This document shows positions 1 through 12,275 of a DNA stretch of 27,269 nucleotides, in pieces. A program made the position numbers and the translations under genes. The notes below the pieces were generated by a model that saw only the letters and a program-made list of their open reading frames with translations, ran no database searches and was not told the origin of the DNA. How positions within the stretch are numbered: position 1 is the stretch's first letter; the number at the start of each line of letters is the position of its first letter. Origin of the DNA: Salpingoeca rosetta (Eukaryota; Protista; Choanoflagellata); assembly GCA_033442325.1 (NCBI GenBank), contig JAWQFM010000001.1, positions 2,226,456-2,253,724 on the forward strand. The letters are read 5' to 3'.

Positions 1-28
<28 letters not shown>
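1..28. repeat. (AC)n microsatellite
   Basis: Direct reading; truncated by window start. Confidence 0.95.
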
Positions 29-32
<4 letters not shown>

Positions 33-258
33 CACTCCTCTGATCTCTGCACCCCCTTTTCATGCCGTCGCATGATGAGCAGATACAACTTTGATAATTT
101 TCGGCACTAAAAGAAGCAAGCGGCAACAAGGGATGCGCACTCATCGCTTGCACAAACGCCAAAGAAAGCAAACAGCACTTTGCCTGTCCTCTCTCTCTGT
201 GCCTCATTTCCAGTCTCGCAATCTATCCAGCCATCGATCCAAACAAGGAACAGCAACC

Positions 259-948
259 ATGTCAAAGTGGCTGAACAAGCGCACCCAGGTGTGTTGTATG
301 AAGATGGCTTTGTTTGCCGTACAATGTGACAATTGAGTCCGCTGCAAGCGAGCAAATTGCAGTGTGTTTGGTGTGTCGTTTGTTTGTTTGTTTGTATGTG
401 TGTGCATGTGTGCGCGCACGTGTGCGTGTGCGCGTGTGCATGTGTGTTTGCGCATGTGTGCGCGTGTGCATGTGTGTGTTGACGTTTACTTTGTGTGTGT
501 GTACGGCCAAGCAGTTGTGTCAATGCTTGTGGCGCATTGAGACTACCAATGCCTCCAAGCGTGCGTTTCCCACGCGTTCTCGGACCTCCCTTCTCACTCA
601 CTTGCACTGATACCCTTGCACCTTAATACCTTTCCCCCTTTTCCGTTGTTCCTGGTTGTGGCTTCATTCATGTCTCGCGTCATTCTGACAGGCAGTGACA
701 GAGTCGCTGAACAAGAGCGCCAAGCGCACGCAATATGACGCGGACTTTGAAGAGCTGCAACAGCAGTGCGAAACCACCAAGCAGGTCGTGCACAAGATGC
801 TCAAGGAGACGCCCAACTTCCTGCACCCAAACCCTGGTACGCGGCGACCACACCCTTGTGATCATGCTGCGCACAACTTGACACGTGCACAATGACACGC
901 ACAACAGCACAAGCACAAAGTCTGCACACACAAACACAAGCACACTCA

Positions 949-1023
<75 letters not shown>

Positions 1024-1467
1024 CGCCTCACACGTTCATCCGTTTGATGTTTGCTTGATGACTTGGCCTGTGTCGTTGTGTTCCATGTGTAGCCGCGCGT
1101 GCTCGCACAAGCATGGGCAGCACGTACGCCAAACTTCGCAAGACCGCAGGTTAGGTGGGAGGTGCTGGAGTCATTGAACGGTCAGAAAGGGAAGGGAACG
1201 TGGTGCCCGACGATGCTTGCATGCGAGCACATTCGTGCACACCTCCTTGCATGTTTGCTTCTTTGCATTTTTGTGCACGCACCACCAGCATCAGCGCCAC
1301 CAACACCAGCTTTGCCCCTCCCTCACTTGTTGCTCGTATCATCGGGTGCTCGCTTGTGCAGCGGAGAAGCGGTACCCGCACGCGATTGGCGTGATGGCCG
1401 AGCTCCTTACCAAGGGCGCAGCCGACATGCCGCCCGGCTCGTCCCTTGGTGCGTGAAATGTGCGCAC

Positions 1468-1520
<53 letters not shown>

Positions 1521-2267
1521 TGTGTGTGTGTGCGCGCGCGCGCGCGTGTGTGTGTGCATGCGGGAGTGCAAGTGTACACAAGCTTGAGTGTGCAAGTGAG
1601 TGCTGAGCTCTTGCGTGTGTATTGCTATCAAGGCGGCCTTCTTCCTTTGCTTTGATGCAGCTGTAAGCTTCCATTCCGTCGCTCACATGCTGTGCATCAC
1701 GTGCAGGTTCCGCGCTGCGTGAGGTTGGCGAGTCCTTCCAGACCATGACAGAGGCGCAGCACAACTTTGTACGTGCACCACCTGCTCAAATATCCCGTGT
1801 TTTAACGTGTGTTGCTGGTGGCGCCTCTGCAGAGTGCAATTTGTGCCAGCCCTTGTTATACGTCACCAGCCTTTGTCATACGCCACCCACTCACGTCCAT
1901 CACACACACACGCACACACGCACGCACACACACACACACACACACACTGCGCTGGCAGGATGCAGAGGTTGTGCAGAATTTCATGGAGCCGCTGAAGGAT
2001 CTCGTTGAGAACGACTTCAAGGAGCTCGGCAAGCAGAAGCGCAAGCTCGAGGACCGCCGCCTCGCATACGACTTTAAGGTGACGACGATGACGATGATGG
2101 TCGTGGTGGTGGGGGTGGATGGTGGTAACGAGAAGGTGTTGTTGGTGGGGCTAAGCTTGCCTCAAGAATTGAACGCCTCCCACTTCATGGTGTAGCATGC
2201 GGCATTGCCAATTCACGCGCCCTATGCACATGTACCTCACTCTCATCATGTCTCCGCGCAAACACAC

Positions 2268-2298
<31 letters not shown>

Positions 2299-3225
2299 CA
2301 CACAACCAACACTCTTCGGTGACAGCTGCGCAAGCGCGAGTCTGGCAAGTCGTCCATCACGGATGCGGACATTAAGCTTGCGGAGGAGAAGTTTGAGGAC
2401 TCCAAGAACAACGCAGAAAACGCCATGATGAAGATTGTCAACAACGACGTACGCGCTCTCACAGCGTTCATGGTGGCGAAGGAAGCGGGAAGCGGACGCG
2501 TGCATCCTCAACACGACAGCGAAACAAGCCAAATGTGCTCATGCGCGCATTTTCTTTCGACACACCCACACCCACACCCACAATCACACACACACACACA
2601 CATATTCACGCTCTCTCACGTCTTCTCGTGCGCCTGTGCGGATATGGGTTGCGTTGTGCTGCGGATGCGATCAGGTTGAGCAAGTTGGGCAGCTCATGTC
2701 TCTGGTGCAGGCGATGATCACGCTCGCCCGCAACCAGCTGGAGACGCTGGAGGCAACACAGGCCGGCCTCGAGGAGATGTGCGTGCACAGTGTGGTGGTT
2801 GTGTGGTGGTTGCAAAAAGGGATGAGCATGCATAGATACCCGCGTGTATGCTGCATTTTCGCATTTTGAAGATGATGCATTTCATTCATGCCACTTACAC
2901 TCATCATGCACTCGCCTCCTCGCCCCACCCACCTTTGCCCACCTCCACGTCCATCCCTCACCCAGCCTTGAGCAAGCGAGCACAAAGCCGAAGCGCACGC
3001 AGCGCCCCGTGTCCATGATGCAGTACGAGGACGACGAGGACGACGAGGCCGCACTCGCCGCCCGCGGTACGCACGAGCGCGCGCGCGCGTGTGTGTGTGT
3101 GGGTTGTGGTGGGGGTTGGGGTTGGTGGGGTGTTTGCGTGCGCGCCGTGTGCGTGTGGGTTTTGGTGAGGTGTTTGCGTGCGCACTTTTATGTGCGTTGG
3201 CTGTTTCCCTCGTTTCTCCTGCGCT

Positions 3226-3316
<91 letters not shown>

Positions 3317-3751
3317 ACACCGCAGGCATCAGCGCGGACGAGCCGTCGGCAGTTGCACTGTTTGACTTTGAGGCGGAGAACGAGGGGGAGCTGACGTTCA
3401 AGGAGGGCGACACGATCCGGCTGCTGTCGCGTTTGGATGAGAACTGGCTCGAGGGCGAGGTCGATGGCCAGCAGGGCATGTTCCCCGTCAACTGTACGTC
3501 ACCACCGCGCACATGCACCCTTGCATGCAAGCACACGCTCGTGCTCACTGAGCAATACTACTTGCTTGCCCTCTGCGTGCCTTGTATGCGTGCCTCGCAT
3601 GCGTGCTTGTTTGTGTGTTTGCCCCTCGTCTCACTCACTTGTACTTGTGCATCCCTTCCTTCTTGCCCCCTCCTGCTTTCCTTCCCCGTCCTTCCCCTCT
3701 CCTTGCCTCTCCTTCAACACCTCAGACGTTGAGATCATCCGCGACGTCTAA
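259..3751 (+). CDS. SH3GL: Endophilin-A-like N-BAR + SH3 protein (11 exons, 340 aa)
   Basis: Exons 259-288, 692-836, 1093-1149, 1362-1448, 1707-1768, 1959-2078, 2326-2448, 2675-2778, 2966-3066, 3326-3493, 3726-3751. All introns are GT-AG with matching phases; total 1023 nt. Translation: [16 protein letters not shown]...[10 protein letters not shown]...FLHPNPAARAR...SALREVGE...[34 protein letters not shown]...AEEKFEDSK...[14 protein letters not shown] (endophilin-A BAR), then [21 protein letters not shown]...DENWLEG...GMFPVNYVEII (SH3). Confidence 0.93.
950..1018. repeat. (CA)n microsatellite, endophilin intron 2
   Basis: Direct reading. Confidence 0.95.
1459..1560. repeat. (GT)n/(GC)n alternating purine-pyrimidine tract, endophilin intron 4
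   Basis: Direct reading; about 100 bp of alternating purine-pyrimidine (Z-DNA-prone). Confidence 0.9.
3229..3315. repeat. (CA)n microsatellite, endophilin intron 9
   Basis: Direct reading; ends about 10 nt before the acceptor AG. Confidence 0.95.
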
Positions 3752-4458
3752 TACTCGCGTGAGTCAAACCAATGTCGCCCCCCCCCCCACAGAACCGCCA
3801 ACCGCCAACCCTCAACGTTGTTCTGTCGTCTGTCTGCGCATCCATGCATGCATGCGTGGGCGCGCGTGTGTGTGCGTGCGTGTATGTGTGTGTGTGTGTG
3901 CGTGTCTCTCTGTCTTCCAACCCACACACTCTTTGCTGTGTGCACCACTGTTAACGGTCCACACATTGTGCCCAAAAGTGATGTGTTGTGTAGTCCATGT
4001 GCACCACCCTACCACTTCTTTTGTTTGTTTTGTTTCTGTGTCTTTGAGTATCGGCGTCCCCAGCCTTGACAAAATTGTCAGCCAGACACGACAGCCACGC
4101 TCGCTCGCTCGCTTGCTTGTTTGTCTGTTCCCTTCATATCCACAGCCATCCCCCCCCCCTTTCTTCACCACTCGCTGCACCCGCGCTCGTTGGCTGCCTA
4201 CGCGTACATACGTGTCTTGCGTTGCGTGGACGTTTATCAATGTCACCTACAAAAACAAACCAACAACACACAGCACATTGCCTGATACGTGCTGCCGGGT
4301 GCGGGGAACAGAAAAGAAAATAGCACACACGGACAGGGGTGAGATGCGTCCAGCCGCAGACGGCACGCGAACACCCGCACGCAGCACGCGCCACAACAGC
4401 ACAGGCATGTGACGACGAGGATGGGGGGGGGGGAGGGGGAAGACGGCATGGCGGGAGT

Positions 4459-4492
4459 ACAACAACAGCAACAACAACAACAACAACAACAA
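4459..4492. repeat. (CAA)n microsatellite
   Basis: Direct reading; lies between the convergent 3' ends of endophilin and Rho. Confidence 0.9.
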
Positions 4493-4724
4493 CTGCAACA
4501 CGGAGTGGGTCAATGGTTGACAGAGTGTAGTGGAATGGATGGGGTCAGTCATAACAAAGCAGGCTGCAACGCCACGGAAACCAAAGTGAGCACATCCACG
4601 CGCACGCTTGGATGTACGTACACACACAATGCGGGTGGTCACGCTTGTGACAACAGAACAAAATGGAAGGAAGGGGAAGAAACAGAAAGCACGAACAGCA
4701 ATGATTGTCTTAACTTCAAACACG

Positions 4725-4728
<4 letters not shown>

Positions 4729-4781
<53 letters not shown>

Positions 4782-4787
4782 GCAGCA
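4729..4787. repeat. Compound (CAT)n(CAG)n microsatellite
   Basis: Direct reading; about 90 bp downstream of the Rho stop codon, probably 3'UTR. Confidence 0.9.
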
Positions 4788-4878
4788 CTAAAGGAGTGAA
4801 ACAGCATGCACGATGGGATCAAACTGCACCCACCCCCCGTGCAACAACACCTCTCAGCACTGCGCAAAACGGCAGTCA

Positions 4879-5226
4879 TCAGAGCAGCGTGCAGCACCCA
4901 CCACCGGTCTTTGCGGTGAGAGCGACATCTGCGGCCCAGTTGAACACATCCTGCACGCCATCCCTCGTCTTTGCGCTGCACTCCAAGTACCCCTGCGCGC
5001 CAACCCGCTCAGCAAGGTCCTCTGCCTCCTTGAACTCAACAAACGTCTGGCCCCTGCCCGCCATCTCCTGCTTGCGCTCAGCATCCTCCCGCAGGTCGGA
5101 CTTGCACCCGACAATGATGTACGGCACCTTCGGGCAGTACGACCGCATCTCAGGAACCCACTGCGGATGCGTAGATGAGTGCGCGTGTGTAGGTGCGTGT
5201 GTGTGAGTGTGTGTGTGTGTGAGTGT

Positions 5227-5296
<70 letters not shown>

Positions 5297-6207
5297 AGCA
5301 AGGGGAACATTTCGCGACAGTGCCACAAAGGGGGAATGACGTAGAAAAAATTGGAGTGAGCTATCGGGAAGGTCAACATGCGTGTGTGCGTGTGATATGG
5401 CGAGCTGTGCACAGCACTCGCACGCTACACTTCAAATGCGTTCACACTCTTCCTCTCCTGCAGCGGCGGGAAATGCCACGCACCTTGGATTCGATGTTTT
5501 CAAAGGAGTCTCTGTTGTCCACAGCAAAGCATATGAGGAACACATGTGCTCCGTCGTACGAGAGCGGTCGGATGTGTGCGTAGTCTTCTTGACCTGCAGC
5601 AAGAAAAAGTAATCGCCAGGTTTAAAGGGGGGGAGTATCAGCGCAGGATACATACAAGCATCCCGCATCCATGACAACGAAGACCACCGCCATCAGAGAC
5701 AGCATGAAAAGGTGGGCGGGGGAAAGACGAACTCCATTCGTACACAACCATACCCATACATACATACACACACAGTCTTTCGGAACATGCACACATTTGA
5801 CGCACGCGCGCGCGCACACAGACACACACACAGAGACACACCTGCTGTATCCCACAAGGCAAGCTCGACAGTCGCTTGTGGTCTTGATACGGTGGCAACG
5901 TAGTTCTCAAAAACTGTGGGTACATATTTCTGTCATAGCGATGACATGTCAAGACGCGTTAGGAGGGCGGGGATGGGGCTCCTACAACCGCAACACAGTT
6001 CCCATATGCGGCAGAGAGAAGCACGCACACATGTATCGGCATGCCAACTGCACGGAACAACAACAATCACATGCTGAGGCATCGAGTAAGAGCACGGCAG
6101 TGAGGGCACACCTCTGGAAATTCGTTGTTGGCGTACACGATGAGCAGGCAGGTCTTGCCGGCAGAACCGTCACCGATACACACCAGCTTTTTCGATACGT
6201 TAGCCAT
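4879..6207 (-). CDS. Rho-family small GTPase (RhoA/Rho1-like, divergent; 4 exons, 191 aa)
   Basis: Exons 6207-6112, 5929-5842, 5593-5484, 5160-4879 (576 nt). Motifs: [20 protein letters not shown] (G1), YVPTVFENY (switch I), [12 protein letters not shown] (G3), VGCKSDLR (G4), Rho insert helix, YLECSAKT (G5), C-terminal CCTLL CAAX. Confidence 0.93.
5185..5294. repeat. (GT)n microsatellite, Rho intron 3
   Basis: Direct reading; reads (CA)n in the pre-mRNA. Confidence 0.95.
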
Positions 6208-7230
6208 GACGCCTCGTGCTGTCTTGTGTATGTGTGCACGTATGTGGTGGCTGGTGTTGCCTGTGTGGTTGTGTGGTGGCGTTTGAGGTGTGCTGTTGAT
6301 GTTGATGTTGAATTGTGTTTGTGGCGTTCACCAACGGCAAGCAAGGACAGAAACAAGTACAGCGGGATCATGTGTGAATGCATGTGGGCGAGCGTGCGCG
6401 CGTGTACGTTTGTGAGTTGTGATTTGAGCATGAACACACCCGTGCAAGGTCAAGAGGACATGCGTGTTGTGTGTGTGTGTGTGTGCGATGCACGCGGGCA
6501 GGAAGGTCATCAAGGCAATAGATTGTAGCATGTGGGTGCAGTGGCAACAAAGTCTTGCCACATCATCAACGACAACAAGGACAACAACACCAAAAACAAC
6601 TTCAACGCTCGCTTGATGCATGCCACCTTGTGCCTGACACGACACAAGGTGTGTTTGCTCCGCCCACTTGCACAAGGTGTTTGTTCGTGATGTTGTCGCA
6701 CCACAACACGAGCATCCAATACTGCCGGCCAAGAGCAGCATCGTGTTTCACTTACGTGGCAGTCGCAGACAAGCAGCAGCCCTCTCGTAGAAGACGAGCA
6801 GCTCAGAATCAGATTCGTGCGTGGTGCGAGTACTGGCTGTCAACCGGTGCGATATGCGCTGAGTGGTCAGCTCTGTGTGTGGGTGTATGTGCTGGGTTGG
6901 ATTTGGCCAAGCAAGCAACGACGAAAAAACGCCCTCTTGTTGCTTCCCACACCTTTTTTTGGTGTTGTTAGCAGCGGCTCACTTTTCTTTCTTCTTATTT
7001 TTTTGAACCACGGGTTGTATGCAACGGGCCCAAGCAGTTGGCAGGAAGGACAGCAGACATTCACTCACACACGCACGGACGGACACACGCACGCACACAG
7101 ACAGACAGACGCACGCACATCCACAGACAGACAGACAGACACACAGACAGACAGACACACAGACGGACACACAGACAGACACACGCACACGTACACACAC
7201 ACATGCTCTCACTGACCGGTCTCACTGCTA

Positions 7231-9652
7231 CTACACAGCAGCACCATCACCATCACCATCACCACCACAATTATCACGTGGTTGCGCGTGCTCCGGTGGC
7301 GGGAGAACAGAGAGGTGTTCATGAAGAAACACAAGGCCAAGCTCGTCACTAAAGTGCACCCCACGAATGCCCACATGTGCATCCGACGACGTCAAGGGCT
7401 GCAGCTCATCACCGGCCGGGTACGGGGTCACCGTCCCAGTCTCTTTGTCAACCTGACACCGCAGCACCGTGTCCTCCTCTGTCGACACCAGCACCTGGTC
7501 ATGCGCACGCGCCAGCGCCAGCGTCCGGCCTTTGCCATGGTGCAGCTCCGTGGCAAACTTGAGATGCACAGCAGGCGAATTGGAGCTGCGCCGTGTTGCC
7601 GATACTCGCCGCATTTGCATGGCACCACCTGAGCCAGAAGTACCGCCACCACCACCACCGGTGCTGGTGCTGGTGGATGTGCGTCGCTTCAAACCGCCAC
7701 CCTGCTGCGCTGCTGAGGAAGATGAGCTGCCCACGGCTCCTCCCGTCATCCTGCCATCAGCCACGCGCTGCACAGCAGCATCACCGGAGCCTCTGCGCGA
7801 ACCATCAAGCTGTCTCTGACTGGAGCTCCGCTTCCTCCTCGCTCTCGCCCCACCACCCTTGTCACCCCGGCCACCACTGCTGCCATCATCGTTGTCATCG
7901 TCGACATCAGCCTCAACGCCGGGCGCAAGGTGCCATACTTTCACCATGCCATCAGAGCTGCCGGTGAGAAGGAATTTCCCTTGCACCAGCACACACCGTG
8001 GCCAGTTTGCGTGTGCGCGCTCTACACGCTGCAGCGGTGTCAGGCGCGCGCACGCCCCAAACACGCCCGCAGGAGGCACATCAACCCAGAGCAGCGCCAG
8101 GCCGCAGTCTGGCGAGCACGAGACAGCCAGCGACTCAGACACCCATGCCATATCCATCACCCAGTGCGTGTGCACCTTGCTGCGATCATGGAACGTCAGC
8201 ACCCTCTTGCTCTCATCAGCATCGTTCATGGTGGAAGCGGAGGAGGAGGAGGAAGAAGAAGAAGCGAAGGACACGGACGACGCGTACCCTTTCACGTCTG
8301 CTCGCGCTGCTGCTGTCTTGGCCGGCTGCATGTCCACACCACCATGGCTGCCCCTGTGCTCACCACGAACACCACCGCTCCTATCCTCATCACCGCCCTC
8401 ATTAGTAGCGTCGCCATCGCCATCGCCATCCCCGTTGACATCGTCACCGCGACTGACACCAGCCGTGCTCACCGCACTTCCTCGCCGTTGGTGCGCGGCC
8501 TTGACGAAGTACGGGTTGACCAGCTTCGTCAAGGATCCTTTGCTGCTGTTGCTGGACAGCGTTGCGTGCAGCGACCACAGCACGACAGTGCTGTCACCAC
8601 CACCGCTCAGCAGCCATCTCTGCGACGCGAGCCCACCGCCAGCTGGTGCTTGCGGCGACACAGCCAGCGATCGCACCCAACCGTAGTGCTCGTGGACATT
8701 TGCAATGCATGTGACGTGCAGCGGCAGCGCTGTTGTTGTGGAGACGCCCGATGCGCTGCCCGCGGCCTCCTTCTTCTTGGGCATGGCAGCGTACCAGAGC
8801 CGGACGCGCTGGTCTGCACCGCCAGTGGCAACGATGCACGCGCGCGCGGTGCTGCTGACAAGCCGTGCGCACACAACGTCGCCGCTGTGCGCTGCAGGCA
8901 GAGACTTGCGCAGGGCGTGGGACAGGTCATCCCCGACACGAATGACGTGCAGCGTGCCCGCGGTTGTGCCGCTCACCACCCACGGTGTGGTTGCATCGAA
9001 GCAAGTCACGTAGTCACACGCCACCCTCACTGTTGACGGCTGCAAGACAACCGGCTTGCACGCATGCCAGCAGCGCCAGCGCAGGTCAACCGCCGGGTCC
9101 AGCTTCAACGAGGGGCCGCCGTGCGCGCCCATGGCTACCGTCAGGCGCTGCTCCTGGTGCGCAAGCGCCCTTGCTGATGCTGACGAAGCAGATGTGGGCG
9201 CCGACGACACCCAGTCCTGCATGGCGGAGGTCAAGGCGTCGAGGGCGCGAAGGACACCAAGCACGCTGCCTGTAGGGTCTGTGCTGTCGCTTGCTTGTGC
9301 CGTTGCGTGCGAATCGACGACCAGCCGGCCAAACCGCTGCAGCGTCCCGGGTGGGAACGCACGGCGCTTGCGATGCTGGTACGCCTCGCCACACACCTCC
9401 ACCTTGAGCGCCAGGCTGCGGGAAATGCCGTCACCGCTCTCCGCAAAGGCGGCAATGGCATACTCGATTGCGCGATGCAGGGCGCGATCTACGGTTGCCC
9501 GCGAGCACTCGCCATCGTCTTGCAACAGCAGCTCGTCTTCACCTTGGTCAGCTTCTCCCCCGTCACCTGCTGGCTTTCTGCGTGCGCCTCCATCGTCGCC
9601 GTCGCTGTCATTGTCATCATCTTCATCATCATCATCGCCATCGCCTGCGCCG

Positions 9653-9696
<44 letters not shown>

Positions 9697-11127
9697 GTCA
9701 TCTGAGCTGCTCGTGTCGCTGGCATCGCTAGATTCACCAGGACTGCGAGAGCGCGGCCTTGGGGACTTGCTTCTGCTTCTGCTGCGGCTTGTGCTTGTGC
9801 TCCGGCTTTGGCTGTGACCGCGGGCTGTGTCACGCCTTCGTGACGGCTCTGCGCTGGTTGGTGGTGCGAGCGTACGCCGGGATGCATTCTTGGGCGGGAT
9901 GGCACTTCCTGCGGAGGCCTTTCCCGCAGCCGAGGACGCCAAGCGTTTGGTGGCAGGCTTTGCTGTTGCAGATTGTGCTCGCGCGCTGCTACGTATGGGG
10001 AGAGGGGAGCTGTTCCCCTGCACCGGTGCCTTGGACGACCCTGATGAGGCTGCACGCGGGGACCTGGGCGACCTGCTGCGGGGGGACTTGTTGCCCTTGC
10101 GCTTCTTGCCGCGCTGCAGCTTCTTTATGTACGACTTGCAGTCTCTTGTACGGAGCAGCGTGACGACTGTCTGTAACGCTTTGAGAGCATCGTGAAGGCG
10201 AGCGCGGCCAAGGGACACCAACACGTCACGGGAGAAGGCATCATAGCCACGCAGCCGCTTCAGCTCATCTAGCGCCAGCGTGTAGCATGCGTACAGTGTT
10301 TTCTGCGAGGTCAGCTCTGCCTTGAAATCTGCCGCGTGGATGCCAAGCAGCTGAGCATGTGTTGGATGTTGGGTGTGTGTGTGCGCGCGCGCGTGTGAGG
10401 TGTGGTGAAGTTATGAAGCAGGCAGCAGTTCAAACAGAGTAGCGAATTTGACGAAGTAAGACGCGCCTCACAGCAAGATGGAGCAAGCGTGTCTACGTGC
10501 TGAAAGAAATACAAAGACCCACAGACAGGCAGACAGACACACAGACGAACAGATGGACAGACACACACACGCAGACACACAGACACACACACACACACAC
10601 ACAGAGACATTCTCGCTCACTCTCATGTACACACGCACATGCACACGCACCTTTGAGAGCATCCAGGCCAGGTCCCGGCGGATGCTGGCTTCTTCCTTTT
10701 TGCGCTGTTTCTCGGTGCGTCGATGCCTCTTCTCATTGCCTTTATCCCTGGGTGTAGGCGTGGTGGAGGTTGGTCTGCTGCGTGAGGGGCTGACGGAGCG
10801 TTGCCTTCTCCGACGCACGCTCGGGGAAGCGCGACCGGAGCTGTTTTGTGAGGCCGAAGGGGATGGGCCGGTGCTGCTGACAGTGGAAGTTTTGAGGGTC
10901 CTTCTCCCTCCAGGCGGCGTTCTTCTCAGGTGCGGTTTCGGAGTTGTCGAAGGTAAGTCCAGCAAGAACTTGCGAGCTCGCCCTGGCGACTGTTGTTGCT
11001 GTTGCTGCTGCCGCGTCGGTCGCTGAGATGGGACGCTGCCGTCGTTGGACGCACTGCTGCCTCCGGGGCGACCTGTGGCTGAAGCCTTGCTCCTTGTGCT
11101 TTGTTGTGATGATTGCGGTTGCGACAT
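7231..11127 (-). CDS. Large WD40-repeat protein with RS/SP-rich and poly-Asp N-terminal region (2 exons, ~1198 aa)
   Basis: Exon 1 11127-10651 (ends WMLSK, donor GTGCGT) joins in phase 0 to exon 2 10350-7231 (acceptor ctcag; extends the 997-aa ORF). WD-like repeats: AHSGDVVCARL..VATGGADQRVRLWY; EHYGWVRSLAVSP..LLSGGGDSTVVLWS; VHTHWVMDMAWV..AVSCSPD; AHANWPRCVLV..LLTGSSDGMVKVWH, plus degenerate blades. Exact ends are less certain than the core. Confidence 0.8.
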
Positions 11128-11642
11128 GGTGCTTGCTGCACTCTGCGAGGAGGGAGGTGAGACGTCAACGAGTACGAAAGTACGAAGAAGCTGCTCGTGT
11201 GTGTGTGTGTGTGGTGTGTGTGTGCGTGTGTGTGTGGACTCTTGCGTGGTGTGTGGTGGTCTTCTGTCCTTCTGCTGGCGTGTGCTGGCGTGTGGTGCTT
11301 GGGAGGCTCAACGTTTGCTTGTGGCTGTTGTCCTCACCAACGTTGTGTTTGTGGTTCGCCGTCAACCAAGTCTGTCCTCTTGACGACAAGGCCAAAGGAA
11401 AACGTTTCTTGTGGCTGCATGCAAGCAAAACCAACCATTCTGAAGGACACAGGTTGAAATCCTCACCACTGTTGGGCTTTTTTTGTGTGTACGAATAACA
11501 ACTCATCCCCCACCATCGCTGGCTGCAACACAACAACCAAACTGTACAAGCACAACACTGTGCGAGCAGCAGCCTATCATCCAAGCAAGCAAGCAAGCAA
11601 AAGCAAGCAAGCGGTCGAGTGTGTTCGCGGCAAACAAACAAC
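11128..11642. promoter_or_regulatory. Probable bidirectional promoter/5'UTR region (WD40 gene / PH-G6PD)
   Basis: About 515 bp separate two divergent start codons; no specific motif identified. Confidence 0.45.
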
Positions 11643-12183
11643 ATGGCGTCGCCTGAGCAGAGGGAGTTTATGGTCAAGAAGAAGAACAAGCGTGGCAAGC
11701 TGCAAGACCGCAAGGTGCGCGTTGTATCTATTGCTGTTGCACTGGTTTCTCTCTGGTCTGTGTGGGCTTGTATTGTTGGTTGTGTTGTTGGTTGTGTTGT
11801 TGTTGGTTGGATTGTTGTTTGTGTTGTTGTTTGTGATCTGTGTGACTGCTGTTGTTGCCGTGGTCATGTTGGCGGTCGTTGTTTGGTGCTGTTGTTGTTG
11901 TTGTTGTTGTGGTGGCGTTGTTGTTGTGGTGGCGGTGGTGGTTGCAAGGTGTAGTCTGTGGCGTCAAGACAGGGCGGCGGCACCTCTCCGACTGCGAGCT
12001 GTTGAAGTGCACGCAAACGCACTGATCATACACAACATACGCACACACACACACACACTCACTCACACACACATGCACACACGCACATGCACACACGTAC
12101 ACACATACACGCGCGCACACACATGCACACACGCACATGCACACACGTACACACATACACATGCACACACACACACACACACA

Positions 12184-12275
<92 letters not shown>

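Noticed and set aside
4247-5206. ORFs 4409-5206 (+, 265 aa) and 4247-4981 (-, 244 aa)
   Set aside because: Antisense or off-frame to Rho exon 4 plus trinucleotide repeats in its 3' region; no domain signal.
7859-9817. Long + strand ORFs (275, 368, 253 aa)
   Set aside because: Antisense shadows of the GC-rich WD40 exon.
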